Assembly: GCA_036504735.1 (NCBI GenBank)
Contig: DASXUQ010000017.1
Coordinates: forward strand, 33,349 to 97,348
Reading direction: 5' to 3'
Length of the DNA: 64,000 bases
Source: a bacterium
Lineage (GTDB): Bacteria; Electryoneota; RPQS01
Position 1 is the first letter of the stretch. Each line of letters opens with the position of its first letter. A program made the position numbers and the translations under genes. Below the pieces are notes generated by a model. The model searched no databases, was not told where the DNA came from, and saw only the letters and a program-made list of their open reading frames with translations. This document shows positions 1 through 9,969 of this stretch, in pieces.

Positions 1-378
1 AACTGGATGCCGATCGCGTGGGGCAACTGCATGATTCGCGCGGGCGTCGGCGATGCTCTGATCAACGGCACGAAGGGCGACGGCACTCCGGCAGTGGCGC
101 ATCAGTTCCGTCTGATGACCAACTATCCGAATCCGTTCAACCCGGAGACGATGATACCGTTCGAACTGGCGGAATCCGGCCAGGCGTCCCTGACCATTTA
201 CAACGTGATGGGCCAGAAGGTTGCCACGCTGATCAGCGGTGTGCAGCAGGCGGGTTATCACGTGGTGCAGTGGAAGGGGCATGATGATCTGGGCAGTTCC
301 GTCGCCAGCGGCGTCTACCTGATGCGCCTCGAAGCGGGCAACCACGTCGCGACGCAGAAGATCATGCTGCTTCGCTAA
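1..378 (+). CDS. C-terminal fragment of a secreted protein ending in a T9SS (Por) type-A C-terminal sorting domain
   Basis: Frame 1 is open to the window edge. The tail NYPNPFNPETMIPFEL..ASLTIYNVMGQKVATL..SGVYLMRLEAGNHVATQKIMLLR fits the T9SS CTD pattern. Confidence 0.75.
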   Translation, partial: NWMPIAWGNCMIRAGVGDALINGTKGDGTPAVAHQFRLMTNYPNPFNPETMIPFELAESGQASLTIYNVMGQKVATLISGVQQAGYHVVQWKGHDDLGSSVASGVYLMRLEAGNHVATQKIMLLR

Positions 379-487
379 TCATCTGCAGGTAACTCAGAGG
401 GCTGAGGGATAAGGGATGAACAAGATCCCTTGGCCTCAGCCCTCTTCTCTTTTCAGGTCGACGGCAACCTATTCTGCGAAAGGCCCC

Positions 488-1039
488 ATGAAAACATCCT
501 TGCCGCCCTTTGTGCATTCCTTTCCGGCCCCGGCGGTGCTGGTAGGATGCGGAACCGTGGACCGGCCCAATCTGATTACGATCTCCTGGTTTGGAACGGT
601 CTGCTCCGAGCCGCCGATGATCAGCATCTCCATCCGTCAGTCGCGGCACAGTTACCGTCTTGTGCATGAGAGCCGGGAGTTCACGGTGAATATCCCGCGG
701 GCCAGCGATCTGAAAGCGGTGCATTACTGTGGCGCGGTTTCCGGCAGAAGCCTCAACAAGTTCGACGAGCTGGGCCTCACGGCGGTGCCTTGCCCGCCGC
801 TGGAAAACGCGCCGATGATCGCCGAGTTCTTTCTCGTCCTCGCCTGTCAGGTGAAACATGAGATTCACCTCGGCTCGCACCACATGTTCATTGCCGACGT
901 CGTCGGCATACACGGAGAACGGCAGGCAGGTGATTTGCCGCACAGACCGCAACTCCGCCCCCTCGAGCAGATTGCCTATCTGGACGGCAAGTATTGGGGC
1001 CTGAAAGCCATTGAGCAAAGTCCGCTTAAGAAGGGTTGA
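488..1039 (+). CDS. flavin reductase-like FMN-binding (split-barrel) protein
   Basis: VLVGCGTVDRPNLITISWFGTV..REFTVNIP..HHMFIADVV resembles the flavin reductase-like domain. ATG at 488 is preferred over the longer 416 ORF start. Confidence 0.65.
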   Translation: MKTSLPPFVHSFPAPAVLVGCGTVDRPNLITISWFGTVCSEPPMISISIRQSRHSYRLVHESREFTVNIPRASDLKAVHYCGAVSGRSLNKFDELGLTAVPCPPLENAPMIAEFFLVLACQVKHEIHLGSHHMFIADVVGIHGERQAGDLPHRPQLRPLEQIAYLDGKYWGLKAIEQSPLKKG

Positions 1040-1053
1040 AAAGAAGATAAACG

Positions 1054-1086
1054 AACAGCCGGCTTGAAAGGCCGGCTGTTTTGTAT
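1054..1086 (+). terminator. intrinsic terminator after flavin reductase gene
   Basis: Stem aacagccggc / gccggctgtt with loop ttgaaag, followed by tttgt. Confidence 0.6.
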
Positions 1087-1242
1087 GGACACATTGAACA
1101 TATGGATAGGTTATCATGGATATTCCGGTCAGAATATCCAGCAAATTTGTGGATGGATTCTTGCTTCGTGAACGAGAGTATCCTGTGCGGTCAGTTGCCC
1201 TACGGCAACCTCGTACACTAAAAACTTAATAGGTAAGACTTT

Positions 1243-4200
1243 ATGGGTGCGTTGCGACGGTGGGTTACGCAGTGGGCGGACAAAGAAGGTTTCCGGCCAA
1301 TGATCATTTTGTGGCTGGGGGTCAGTGTGACTTTGCTGTTCTTTGTCGCGGCTGGAGTGAGCGTTTGGAAAGCGAACTTCAGCATGATCCACGCCGAAGC
1401 CAGTGCGAGTGCCTTGCATGATCAGCTAAGGAGCCTAAGCTCCGACCACGAGCGGCGCTCCAATCTTCTCATGGATGCGGTGGAACAGCGTGATACCGTG
1501 TCCTGGGCAGATACCCCGCCGGATATGGCGATTGGTGTGATCGGCGCGCTGACGTTGATGGATGCGAGCACAGCCCTTACTTCGGCACGCAGCTACGTTG
1601 CGCCACTTCGGCTGGCAGCCGTACAGCTGCTTCACATGCAGGACACTGCCGTGCGTCTGCTCGGCAGCGGGAACTATGCTGCGGCACGCACGCTCATGGA
1701 GAGTGCGGCGTATGTCGCCGAGTGCCGCACTCTGCATGAGAACGTGCGCGCCATCATGCGCATCGCGAACGCACAAACGGATCGCGCCAACCGGATTTTT
1801 ACGGCGCACCTGATGTGGATCAGCGTGGTCGCCAGCATCTTCTTCCTGGCGTTGACTACCGCCTGGCTGGCCGTAATGCGCCTGATGAGCAGCCATCTCG
1901 ATGTGCGCAAAAAAACGGAAGCGGACCTGCGGGAGAGTGAGGAGAAGTACCGCACGCTGATCGACGCGCTGCCGCAGGCTGTGCTGATCGCCAAGGACGG
2001 GATCTTTGTCTTCTGCAATCCGCGTGCCGCCGTCATCTTAGGCGCTACCGGCGCCGGGAGTCTGATCGGCCTTCCCGCGGAAACGATTGTCCGTGAAGAA
2101 GACCGGGAGGGGCTGCTGGCGAACGTTGCGGCGCAGGCGCGACAGGATAGCGATCTGCCGGACCATTACACCGTGATGCTGCGCCGGCTGGATGGCTCCG
2201 AGTTTCCCGCCGAAGTGTTTGTGCGCTCTGTTTTGTACAAGGGTGCCGTGGCGGCCCAATACGTGCTGTCGGATATTACGGAACGCCAGCGTGGCGAGTC
2301 TGCGCTGCGCGAGAGCGAAGAGAAATACCGCACCCTGATCGACTCCCTGCCGCATTCGGTGGTGATCCTGCAGGATGGCAAAGTCGTTTTCGCCAACAAC
2401 GCAACCGCGGCGGCGCTGGGCTTTCAAAGTTCACAGGACTTGATCGGTCTGGACCGGGATGCCTTTGTGGCGCCGCGGGAGCGGGAACGCCTTAACAGTT
2501 ATACCACACGGCGTGTTGGCGGCGAGGGCGGGGCGCCCGATCACTACTCGGCAACTCTGCGCCGGCGCAATGAAGAAGAATTTCCCGCCGAGGTGTTTGT
2601 TCAGACCGTGGCGTACGGCGGAAAGCCGGCGTTGCAAACCGTGATTCTGGACGCGACGGAACGGCAACGGGCGGAGCATGCGCTGCGGGAGAGCGAAGAG
2701 CGATTCCGCAATCTGTCGGATACCGCGCCGGTATTGATCTGGATGGGCGGCGTCGGACGTCATACCTTCTACTTCAACAAATCCTGGCTGCGGTTTACGG
2801 GACGCTCCGTCAGTCAGGAATATGGCCACGGCTGGAAGCAGGACGTGCATCCGGACGATCTGCCCCGCTGCATGGCTGCCTATGAAAGCGCCTTCGAATC
2901 CCGCACCGCGTTCACCGTCGAATACCGCCTGCGCCACATGGATGGCACGGATCATTGGGTGCTGGACACCGGCGTGCCGCGTTTTACGATCGACGGCAAT
3001 TTTGCGGGGTACGTCGGATCCTGCGTGGACATCACCACGCGCCGGGGAACGGAAGAGGCGCTGCGCGAAAGCGAGCGACGGTTCCGCGAATTGGCGGATC
3101 TGCTGCCGCACACCATTTTTGAATCGGATGATCACGGTGCGCTGACGTTTGCCAACCGCAAGGCCCTGGAGGTCTTCGGCTACAGCGTGCAGGACATTGA
3201 GCGTGGCCCGAATCTTCTGGACATGTTGATTCCCGCCGACCGCGAACGCGCGCGAGAGAACATGTCGCGGATCATGCGCGGCGAGACCCTGCAAGGCAGT
3301 CAATACATGGCCCGGCGCAAAGACGGCCAACCGTTCCCTGTGGTGATCGATTCCAACGTGCGCATCGAGGACGGCAGGCCCTGTGGTCTGCGTGGCATGG
3401 TGATCGACGTTACCGAACGCCAGCGAACGGAAAATGAACTTCGGCACCTTAACCGCGCGCTCAAAACCACCGGTGAGTGCAGCCAGGCAGTGGTCCATGC
3501 TACGGACGAGGCCGCATTGCTGCACGACATCTGCCAGATTATGGTCCAGAGCGGCGGCTACCGCATGGTCTGGGTGGGCAAGATCGACCAGAATGGCGAC
3601 AAGACCGTTAAGCCGGCCGCGTTTGCGGGCAAAGAGCAAGGGTATCTGGAAAGCATCACCATTACGTGGGACGACAGCGTGGCGGGCAACGGGCCGACCG
3701 GCATGGCGATCAAGACCCTGAAGCCCTGGGTCAACCGGGACGTCGCCGGCACGGACTTCAATGCGTGGCAGGAAGAGGCCTTGAAACGCGGCTATCGCTC
3801 CTCGGTGGCGCTTCCGCTGGTCGGCGATGGGCGCTGTTTCGGTGTGCTGAGCATCTACTCGGCCCAGACCGACCATTTCGATCCTGCAGAGGTGAAACTG
3901 CTCAGCCAGCTCGCCGACGATCTGGCGTACGGCATCACCGCGCTGCGGGTGCGGCAGGAGCAGATGCGCACCGAAACCGCCTTGCGGGAAAGCGAAATCA
4001 CGCTGCGCCGCACCTTCGATCAGTCGCCCATCGGCGCGGGCATTGTTTCTCTGGAGGGCCACTTCCTGCGCAGCAATGATACACTCTGCCAGATGCTCGG
4101 CTACACCCGCGAGGAGTTGGAAACGCTGACCTACGTCGAAATCACTCACCCGGATGACTCGCCGCGCGACATGCGTAACGTGGCGCTGCTGGCGACGGGT

Positions 4201-5283
4201 GACCTCGAACTGTACGAAACCGACAAGCGTTATATCCGTAAGAACGGCACGGTGATGTGGGGCCATCTCTCGCTCAGTGCCGTCAAGGATCCGGCGGGCA
4301 AGGCCGTCTATTACCTGCCGATGGTGCAGGACATCACCGAACGCAAGCGGGTAGAAACCGCCTTGCTCGAGAGCGAGGAACATTTCCGCACGCTCTATGA
4401 TCAGGCGCCGGTGGGCTATCAGTCGCTGAATGAAGAGGGCTGCCTGATTGACGTCAACGAAACCTGGCTCAGCACTCTCGGCTATTCCCGCGAGGATGTT
4501 CTGGGACACTGGTTCGGGGACTTCCTTGCCCTGGCCGACAAGGATCTCTTTCGTCAGCGCTTTCCCATGTTCTGCAAGATCGGCGAAGTGCACGGCGTGG
4601 AATTCGACATGATCCGCAAAGACGGCTCGCGCATGACTGTCTCCTATGAAGGCCGCATCGCCCGGAACATAGACGGCGGCTTCAAACAGACCCATTGTAT
4701 CTTCCATGACATCACACGGCGCAAGGACGCGGAGAATCTGCTGCGTGAGCAGGCGGCGGCGTTCGACGCGGCCATGGACGGCATGGCGATTCTCGACTCG
4801 CAAGGCCGCTATCTGTATTTGAACGGCGAGCACGCGCGGCTCTATGGCTATGACAGTCCCCAGGAACTGGTCGGCAAGAGCTGGATGGTGCTGTATGATG
4901 ACGAGGAATTACGGCGGATGAAGACGGACGTGATCCCCGAGGTGTGGCGCAAGGGATGCTGGCACGGCGCGGCGGTTGGCAAACGGCGCGATGGCAGCCG
5001 GTACCGTCAGGAACTCTCCCTCTGCCGGACAGAGACCAATGGACTGGCTTGCGTGGTGCGCTACATCAGCGAGCGGGACGTCGCCGATCTTGAACCCTCC
5101 CCGCCTTCCGGCAAGCAGGAACGCGCCGTATCGCCCGAGGAGATCGAGTATCTCGCCGCCAAAGTCCTTCGGCAGCTCGAAGCTTTCGGCGGCTACCCCT
5201 GCAAAACGGAAGATCCTAACCTCCCGGCGGCCTCTCCAGAGGCACCGTCAGCGCAGGACGCCGCGCCGCCGACGAAAGAGTGA
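1243..5283 (+). CDS. membrane-anchored multi-PAS/GAF sensor protein without recognisable output domain
   Basis: Two N-terminal TM segments flank a ~150-aa helical region. About seven PAS units are introduced by repeated LRESEE(K/R)(Y/F)R linkers, plus one GAF domain. The C-terminus is P/A-rich, with no HisKA/HATPase, GGDEF or HD motifs seen. Confidence 0.8.
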   Translation: MGALRRWVTQWADKEGFRPMIILWLGVSVTLLFFVAAGVSVWKANFSMIHAEASASALHDQLRSLSSDHERRSNLLMDAVEQRDTVSWADTPPDMAIGVIGALTLMDASTALTSARSYVAPLRLAAVQLLHMQDTAVRLLGSGNYAAARTLMESAAYVAECRTLHENVRAIMRIANAQTDRANRIFTAHLMWISVVASIFFLALTTAWLAVMRLMSSHLDVRKKTEADLRESEEKYRTLIDALPQAVLIAKDGIFVFCNPRAAVILGATGAGSLIGLPAETIVREEDREGLLANVAAQARQDSDLPDHYTVMLRRLDGSEFPAEVFVRSVLYKGAVAAQYVLSDITERQRGESALRESEEKYRTLIDSLPHSVVILQDGKVVFANNATAAALGFQSSQDLIGLDRDAFVAPRERERLNSYTTRRVGGEGGAPDHYSATLRRRNEEEFPAEVFVQTVAYGGKPALQTVILDATERQRAEHALRESEERFRNLSDTAPVLIWMGGVGRHTFYFNKSWLRFTGRSVSQEYGHGWKQDVHPDDLPRCMAAYESAFESRTAFTVEYRLRHMDGTDHWVLDTGVPRFTIDGNFAGYVGSCVDITTRRGTEEALRESERRFRELADLLPHTIFESDDHGALTFANRKALEVFGYSVQDIERGPNLLDMLIPADRERARENMSRIMRGETLQGSQYMARRKDGQPFPVVIDSNVRIEDGRPCGLRGMVIDVTERQRTENELRHLNRALKTTGECSQAVVHATDEAALLHDICQIMVQSGGYRMVWVGKIDQNGDKTVKPAAFAGKEQGYLESITITWDDSVAGNGPTGMAIKTLKPWVNRDVAGTDFNAWQEEALKRGYRSSVALPLVGDGRCFGVLSIYSAQTDHFDPAEVKLLSQLADDLAYGITALRVRQEQMRTETALRESEITLRRTFDQSPIGAGIVSLEGHFLRSNDTLCQMLGYTREELETLTYVEITHPDDSPRDMRNVALLATGDLELYETDKRYIRKNGTVMWGHLSLSAVKDPAGKAVYYLPMVQDITERKRVETALLESEEHFRTLYDQAPVGYQSLNEEGCLIDVNETWLSTLGYSREDVLGHWFGDFLALADKDLFRQRFPMFCKIGEVHGVEFDMIRKDGSRMTVSYEGRIARNIDGGFKQTHCIFHDITRRKDAENLLREQAAAFDAAMDGMAILDSQGRYLYLNGEHARLYGYDSPQELVGKSWMVLYDDEELRRMKTDVIPEVWRKGCWHGAAVGKRRDGSRYRQELSLCRTETNGLACVVRYISERDVADLEPSPPSGKQERAVSPEEIEYLAAKVLRQLEAFGGYPCKTEDPNLPAASPEAPSAQDAAPPTKE

Positions 5284-5397
5284 GCGCCGCAAGCGGGTGG
5301 GAAACCGGGCAACTCCTGTGCGAGTTGGTCATAATCCACCAATAGACCATAGAAAAGCCGCTCTGACGGATTCGAGCGGCAAAATCAAGGAACATTT

Positions 5398-5430
5398 GTC
5401 AGGCAAGCTCACCGCTTGCCTGACTTTTTT
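5398..5430 (+). terminator. intrinsic terminator after PAS/GAF sensor gene
   Basis: gtcaggcaagc-tcacc-gcttgcctgac followed by TTTTTT. Confidence 0.75.
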
Positions 5431-5675
5431 GTGCAAAATCATGTTTGCCTTCTACCGCTTCACCCTTGCTTTTCCCCCTGTCAAACTGTAGATTTCGAAG
5501 TCGTTAATTCAGCGAACGTTGGCCCACATTTTTTGATATAGTTAGAATAATTGGAGCCGCGTTGAATCGCCGAATTCACTGTTCCTCCATCCGTTTTGAG
5601 CCGTGGGTAACCTTGCGATTCGAGGAGCCATCCGCAGCCCTCTTTCCTTCCGTCCGAGTATGGAGTTGATGACTC

Positions 5676-8600
5676 ATGAAGATGAAGCCGAAGACAATGC
5701 CAAACACTTTAGTCAGGAAACCGCGCAAAACAGCAAAGGAAGCCAACACAGACACTTCAGACTCGTTGCTCCGGAATGTTTTGGCAGATGCGCCCGTCGC
5801 CTTGTGGGCGGTGGACAAAGACGGGCTGTATACGGTTTTTGAGGGGCGGGCCCTGCAAGAGGTCGGGCTGAACCCGGAGGAGCGCATCGGGCAGTCGATT
5901 TTCGAGATTTTTGCAGACCGCCCCGATGTTCTGGACCCGGTGCGCCGCGCTTTGGCTGGAGATGAGTGCTCCGCCGTGCTTGAGAATCGCGGCGCTGTGA
6001 GTGAGACTCGCTTTTCCCCGCAGAGGGATACTGCGGGCAACATCATTGGGGTGGTGGCTGTTTCCACGCTGATTACCGAGCGGGTGCGGGCTGAAGCCGA
6101 TTTGCGCCGCGTGAACCGCGCGCTCAGGCTGATCAGCGAATGCAATCAGGCCTTGGTGCGCGCAACGGATGAAAACACTCTGCTGCAGGACATTTGCTAC
6201 CTGCTGGTGGAGCACGGCGGCTACCGCTTTGCCTGGGTGGGGTACGCCCAGCGTGACAGCGGGAAAACCGTCTGGCCCATCGCGCACGCCGGGGTGGAAG
6301 ATGGCTACCTCGATACGGTGAATATTACCTGGTCCAACACACCGCATGGGCGGGGGCCAACCGGCACGGCGATCCGCACCGGCAAGCCTGTGGTCTCACG
6401 GTTCATCGCAACCGATCCGGTCACGGCACCCTGGCGCGAGAACGCGCTGAAACACGGTTACCAGTCCTCCTTTGTGCTGCCCCTTGCCGTCCATGGCGAG
6501 ACCTTTGGCGCTCTCACCATCTTTTCGAGTCAGCCGGACGCCTTCGACGAGTCCGAACAGCGTCTCCTGTCCGAACTGGCGGGCGACCTTGCTTTCGGCA
6601 TTATCGCGCTGCGTGACCGCGTGGCGCGCGAGCGCGGAGACGAACTGATCCGGGCCGCTAATGAGCGGCTCGAGCAGGATGTGCAGGAACGCACCGCCGC
6701 GCTGGAAGAACTGAATACCGAACTCGAAGCCGAAGTTCGCGAGCGGATCCGCACCGAGGATGCGCTCCGCGAATCCGAGCTGAAATACCGCATCGTCGCC
6801 GACAACACCTACGACTGGGAATTCTGGCTGGACGCCGAAGGCCAGTGCATCTACGTCTCGCCGTCATGCGAACGCATCAGCGGCTACAGTGCGCGGCAAT
6901 TTGCAGCCGATCCGCAGCTGAACACGAGCATCGTACATCCTGAAGACGCCGCCGCATTCCAGCGTCACTGCAACGCGGCGCTGCGGGGCGAGAGCACGCC
7001 GCCGATAGAATTCCGGATTATGCGGCACGATGGCGAGCTGCGCTGGATCGAGCAGGCCAGCCTGCCCGTGTTCGACAGCGGTGGCAGGTTTCTGGGCACG
7101 CGCGGCAGCAATCGGGATATCACCGAGCGCAAGAGAGCGCAGGACGAACTGGCCAGCGTGGCGCTGTTCCCGGCGGAGAATCCCAGTCCGGTGCTGCGTA
7201 TCGGGCGCGGCGGACAGTTGCTCTACGTGAACGCCGCCGGCCAGACGCTGCTGCGGGAGGAAGGCTGCACCCCGGATGAGCCCGTAACGGATCGTCTGCG
7301 GAACATGGCAAAGCAGGCACTGGAACAAGAGGAGAAACGGGAGACGGACTATGTTTGCCGCGACGGGCATTTCCTGATTATCTCCTGCATGCCCGTGCCG
7401 TCTCGCGGCTACGTCAACCTGTATGCCCGGGACATCAGTGAACGGCGGCGGATAGCGGAAAAACTGCGGGAACGCGAAGCCGCATTGCGCGTCGCCCAGC
7501 GTGTCGCCCACATTGGCCACTGGTTCTGGGACCCCGCTACCGATGAAGGGTTTTGGTCCGAAGAACTGTTTCGGATTTATGGCCGTGATCCCAACACCGG
7601 AACTCCCAGCTATTACGCGGAAGATGTGCGGCGTTCCTACGCTCCGCAGAGTCTGGAGGCCTTGAATGCCGCCGTGCAACGCGCCCTGCAGAACGGATCG
7701 CCGTGGGAACTCGAACTGGAGTTGGACACTCCGGACGGCCGGCATAAATGGCTGGACGCACGCGGGGAAGCCGACCGGAATGGCGAGGGCAAAATTGTCC
7801 GGCTGTATGGCACCGTGCAGGATATCACCCAGCGCAAACAGGCCGAAGAGGCGCTGCGGGAAGCCGAAGAACGGCTCAAACTCGGACTGGAAGCCACCAA
7901 TATCGGCATGTGGCATTGGGATGTTCCGAAGAATGTGGCTACCTACACACCCACCTGGTACACCATGCTGGGTTACGAGCCCTATGAATTGCCGCAATCC
8001 ACCGAAGCGTGGGAAAAGCTGCTTCACCCGGACGACCTCGGACCAACCAATGAAAAGGTGGCCGCGGCCTGGCGCGGAGACGTCAAGGAATTCGAAACAG
8101 AAGTTCGTATGAAAGCCAAGTCGGGAGAGTGGCGCTGGATCCTCAGCCGCGGCAAGGTAACGTCGCGCGACGCCGGGGGCAAGCCGCTGCGGATGATCGG
8201 CACTCACACGGATATTACGGCACTGAAGGAAACCGAGAACAGCCTGCGCTGGGAGCTGCAGGTGAACGCCGCGCTGGCCAATCTGCATTCGCCGCTTGTC
8301 AGCGCGTCCACTGCCGTGCGTGACATCGCCGACGCCGTCCTCAAACAGGCTCAGGACCTCACAGGCAGCCGTTTCGGCTTCGTCGCGACGATTGATTCGC
8401 TTACCGGCGAATGCCGCACCCACGCCATGACCGGCGACGCGCGGAAGGTGTGTGGAATCCGCACGGAACCCGGCTCGCTGATCTTCTCGCGCGGCGCGGA
8501 CGGCCAATATCATGGATTATGGGGACACTGCCTGAATACGCGGCAGGGCTTTCTGACCAATGCTCCGGCGTACCATCCGGCTTCCGGCGGTGTGCCGGAT

Positions 8601-9926
8601 GGCCATATCGCCATCAAGCGCTTCATCGGCGTGCCTGTCCATCTGGAAGGGAAACTGATCGGCGCGCTTTGCCTGATCAATTCCGACCGCGATTACACGG
8701 AAAGGGATCTGGTGGCGATCCAGCGGCTCGGCGACGTCTATCTGCTGGCGGTGCAGCGGATGAAGTCCGAGGAAGCCTTGCGGGAGAGCGAAGACCGCTA
8801 CCGGAGCCTCGTCGAAACCGCGCCGATTCCCATGATCATGAGCAGCAAAAGCCGCATTATCCTCGCCAATCGCGCCTTCCATACGCTGATCGGCACGGAT
8901 CAGATTGAGGATGATCTGGATCTGGAGATGCAGCGTTTCGTCCACCCGAAAGATTACGACAAACTCGCCGCCATTAAGCAGACGGTCCTCTCCCGGCGCG
9001 CGAAGACCGGCGTCGTCGAATTCCGCATGAAGCGGCTGAACGGCGCGATCCGTCATGTCGAAGCCGTGGCGCAGCCGATTGACCGCAACGGTGTGAACAG
9101 CACGCTGGTGGTCTTCCGGGACGTCACCGAACAGAAACACGCCGAGGACCTCATCCGCAAACATGCCATAGAGCTGGAGCGGCAGGTGGCCGAGCGCACG
9201 GCCCACATTCAGAAACTCGAACGACTGCGGGTAGAGGCCGAAAAGCAGGCGGCGATTGGCCGCATGGCGGCGCGGATCGCCCACGAGATCAACAACCCGC
9301 TGGCCGGCATCAAGAACAGCTTTCTGCTGGTGAAGAAGGCGATTCCCCCCACCTTCAAGCACTACGAGTTTGTGGGCCGGATCGACAAGGAACTGGACCG
9401 CATCGCCCGCATCGTCCGCCAGATGTTCGAAGTCTACAAACCCGAACGCAGCGCTCCTGCGCCGGTAGACGTTCCCGAGGTGCTGCGGGACGTGACGGCG
9501 CTGCTCCAAGGCAACGCGCGCGCACAGGGCGTCACGCTGGAAATGGATGCGTCCGGTGTGGACGGCACGGTTCACCTCCACGAAGACTCGCTGCGCCAGG
9601 CGCTCTTCAGCATCATCCAGAACGCCATTGAAGCGTCCGGGGCCGGCATGGTCGTCCGCATCAGTGCCACCGCGCGAGATCAGGTGCTGTCCGTTTCGGT
9701 TGCCGATCAGGGCTGCGGCATTCCGCCGGAAGTGGGCGCGCGGATTTTCGAACCCTTCTTCACCACCAAGGATGATCTGGTGTCGGGCGGGCTCGGCCTG
9801 GGCCTGTCCATCACCAAGGGCGTGGTCGAAGCTATGGGCGGCGTGCTCAATTATGAAAGTGAAGTGGGCAAGGGCACCACGTTTCAGGTGATCCTGCCCA
9901 ATCAATCTGTCCAAAGGACCGCATAA
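5676..9926 (+). CDS. multi-PAS/GAF sensor histidine kinase
   Basis: Several PAS units and two GAF-like regions. HisKA H-box is AARIAHEINNPLAGI. HATPase_c motifs are QNAIEAS, DQGCGIPPE..IFEPFFTTK and GGLGLGLSI. Confidence 0.85.
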   Translation: MKMKPKTMPNTLVRKPRKTAKEANTDTSDSLLRNVLADAPVALWAVDKDGLYTVFEGRALQEVGLNPEERIGQSIFEIFADRPDVLDPVRRALAGDECSAVLENRGAVSETRFSPQRDTAGNIIGVVAVSTLITERVRAEADLRRVNRALRLISECNQALVRATDENTLLQDICYLLVEHGGYRFAWVGYAQRDSGKTVWPIAHAGVEDGYLDTVNITWSNTPHGRGPTGTAIRTGKPVVSRFIATDPVTAPWRENALKHGYQSSFVLPLAVHGETFGALTIFSSQPDAFDESEQRLLSELAGDLAFGIIALRDRVARERGDELIRAANERLEQDVQERTAALEELNTELEAEVRERIRTEDALRESELKYRIVADNTYDWEFWLDAEGQCIYVSPSCERISGYSARQFAADPQLNTSIVHPEDAAAFQRHCNAALRGESTPPIEFRIMRHDGELRWIEQASLPVFDSGGRFLGTRGSNRDITERKRAQDELASVALFPAENPSPVLRIGRGGQLLYVNAAGQTLLREEGCTPDEPVTDRLRNMAKQALEQEEKRETDYVCRDGHFLIISCMPVPSRGYVNLYARDISERRRIAEKLREREAALRVAQRVAHIGHWFWDPATDEGFWSEELFRIYGRDPNTGTPSYYAEDVRRSYAPQSLEALNAAVQRALQNGSPWELELELDTPDGRHKWLDARGEADRNGEGKIVRLYGTVQDITQRKQAEEALREAEERLKLGLEATNIGMWHWDVPKNVATYTPTWYTMLGYEPYELPQSTEAWEKLLHPDDLGPTNEKVAAAWRGDVKEFETEVRMKAKSGEWRWILSRGKVTSRDAGGKPLRMIGTHTDITALKETENSLRWELQVNAALANLHSPLVSASTAVRDIADAVLKQAQDLTGSRFGFVATIDSLTGECRTHAMTGDARKVCGIRTEPGSLIFSRGADGQYHGLWGHCLNTRQGFLTNAPAYHPASGGVPDGHIAIKRFIGVPVHLEGKLIGALCLINSDRDYTERDLVAIQRLGDVYLLAVQRMKSEEALRESEDRYRSLVETAPIPMIMSSKSRIILANRAFHTLIGTDQIEDDLDLEMQRFVHPKDYDKLAAIKQTVLSRRAKTGVVEFRMKRLNGAIRHVEAVAQPIDRNGVNSTLVVFRDVTEQKHAEDLIRKHAIELERQVAERTAHIQKLERLRVEAEKQAAIGRMAARIAHEINNPLAGIKNSFLLVKKAIPPTFKHYEFVGRIDKELDRIARIVRQMFEVYKPERSAPAPVDVPEVLRDVTALLQGNARAQGVTLEMDASGVDGTVHLHEDSLRQALFSIIQNAIEASGAGMVVRISATARDQVLSVSVADQGCGIPPEVGARIFEPFFTTKDDLVSGGLGLGLSITKGVVEAMGGVLNYESEVGKGTTFQVILPNQSVQRTA
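9171..9443 (+). repeat. 273-nt segment near-identical to 13579-13851 (DHp-coding part of kinase)
   Basis: Hand alignment gives 7 mismatches in 273 nt, all synonymous. The encoded 88 aa, ELERQVAERTAHIQKLERL...RQMFEVYKP, are identical in both kinases. Confidence 0.9.
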
Positions 9927-9969
9927 TTTTTCGCGGCGCCTGCCGCCGCAATTTATAAAGACGGAGTCA

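Noticed and set aside
2431-4833. Very long antisense ORFs opposite recognised genes. Examples: 2431..4833-, 6864..8513-, 8517..10268-, 19008..20189-, 20241..21794-, 27710..29023-, 30210..32837-, 34044..35537+, 36337..37662+, 37672..39057+, 40936..42042+, 43959..45293+, 48248..50344+, 55030..56838+, 57019..58377+, 60160..61530+.
   Set aside because: These are typical high-GC shadow ORFs. Their translations are R/A/G/H/V-rich and low in complexity, with no recognisable motifs, while the opposite strand encodes proteins with clear family signatures.
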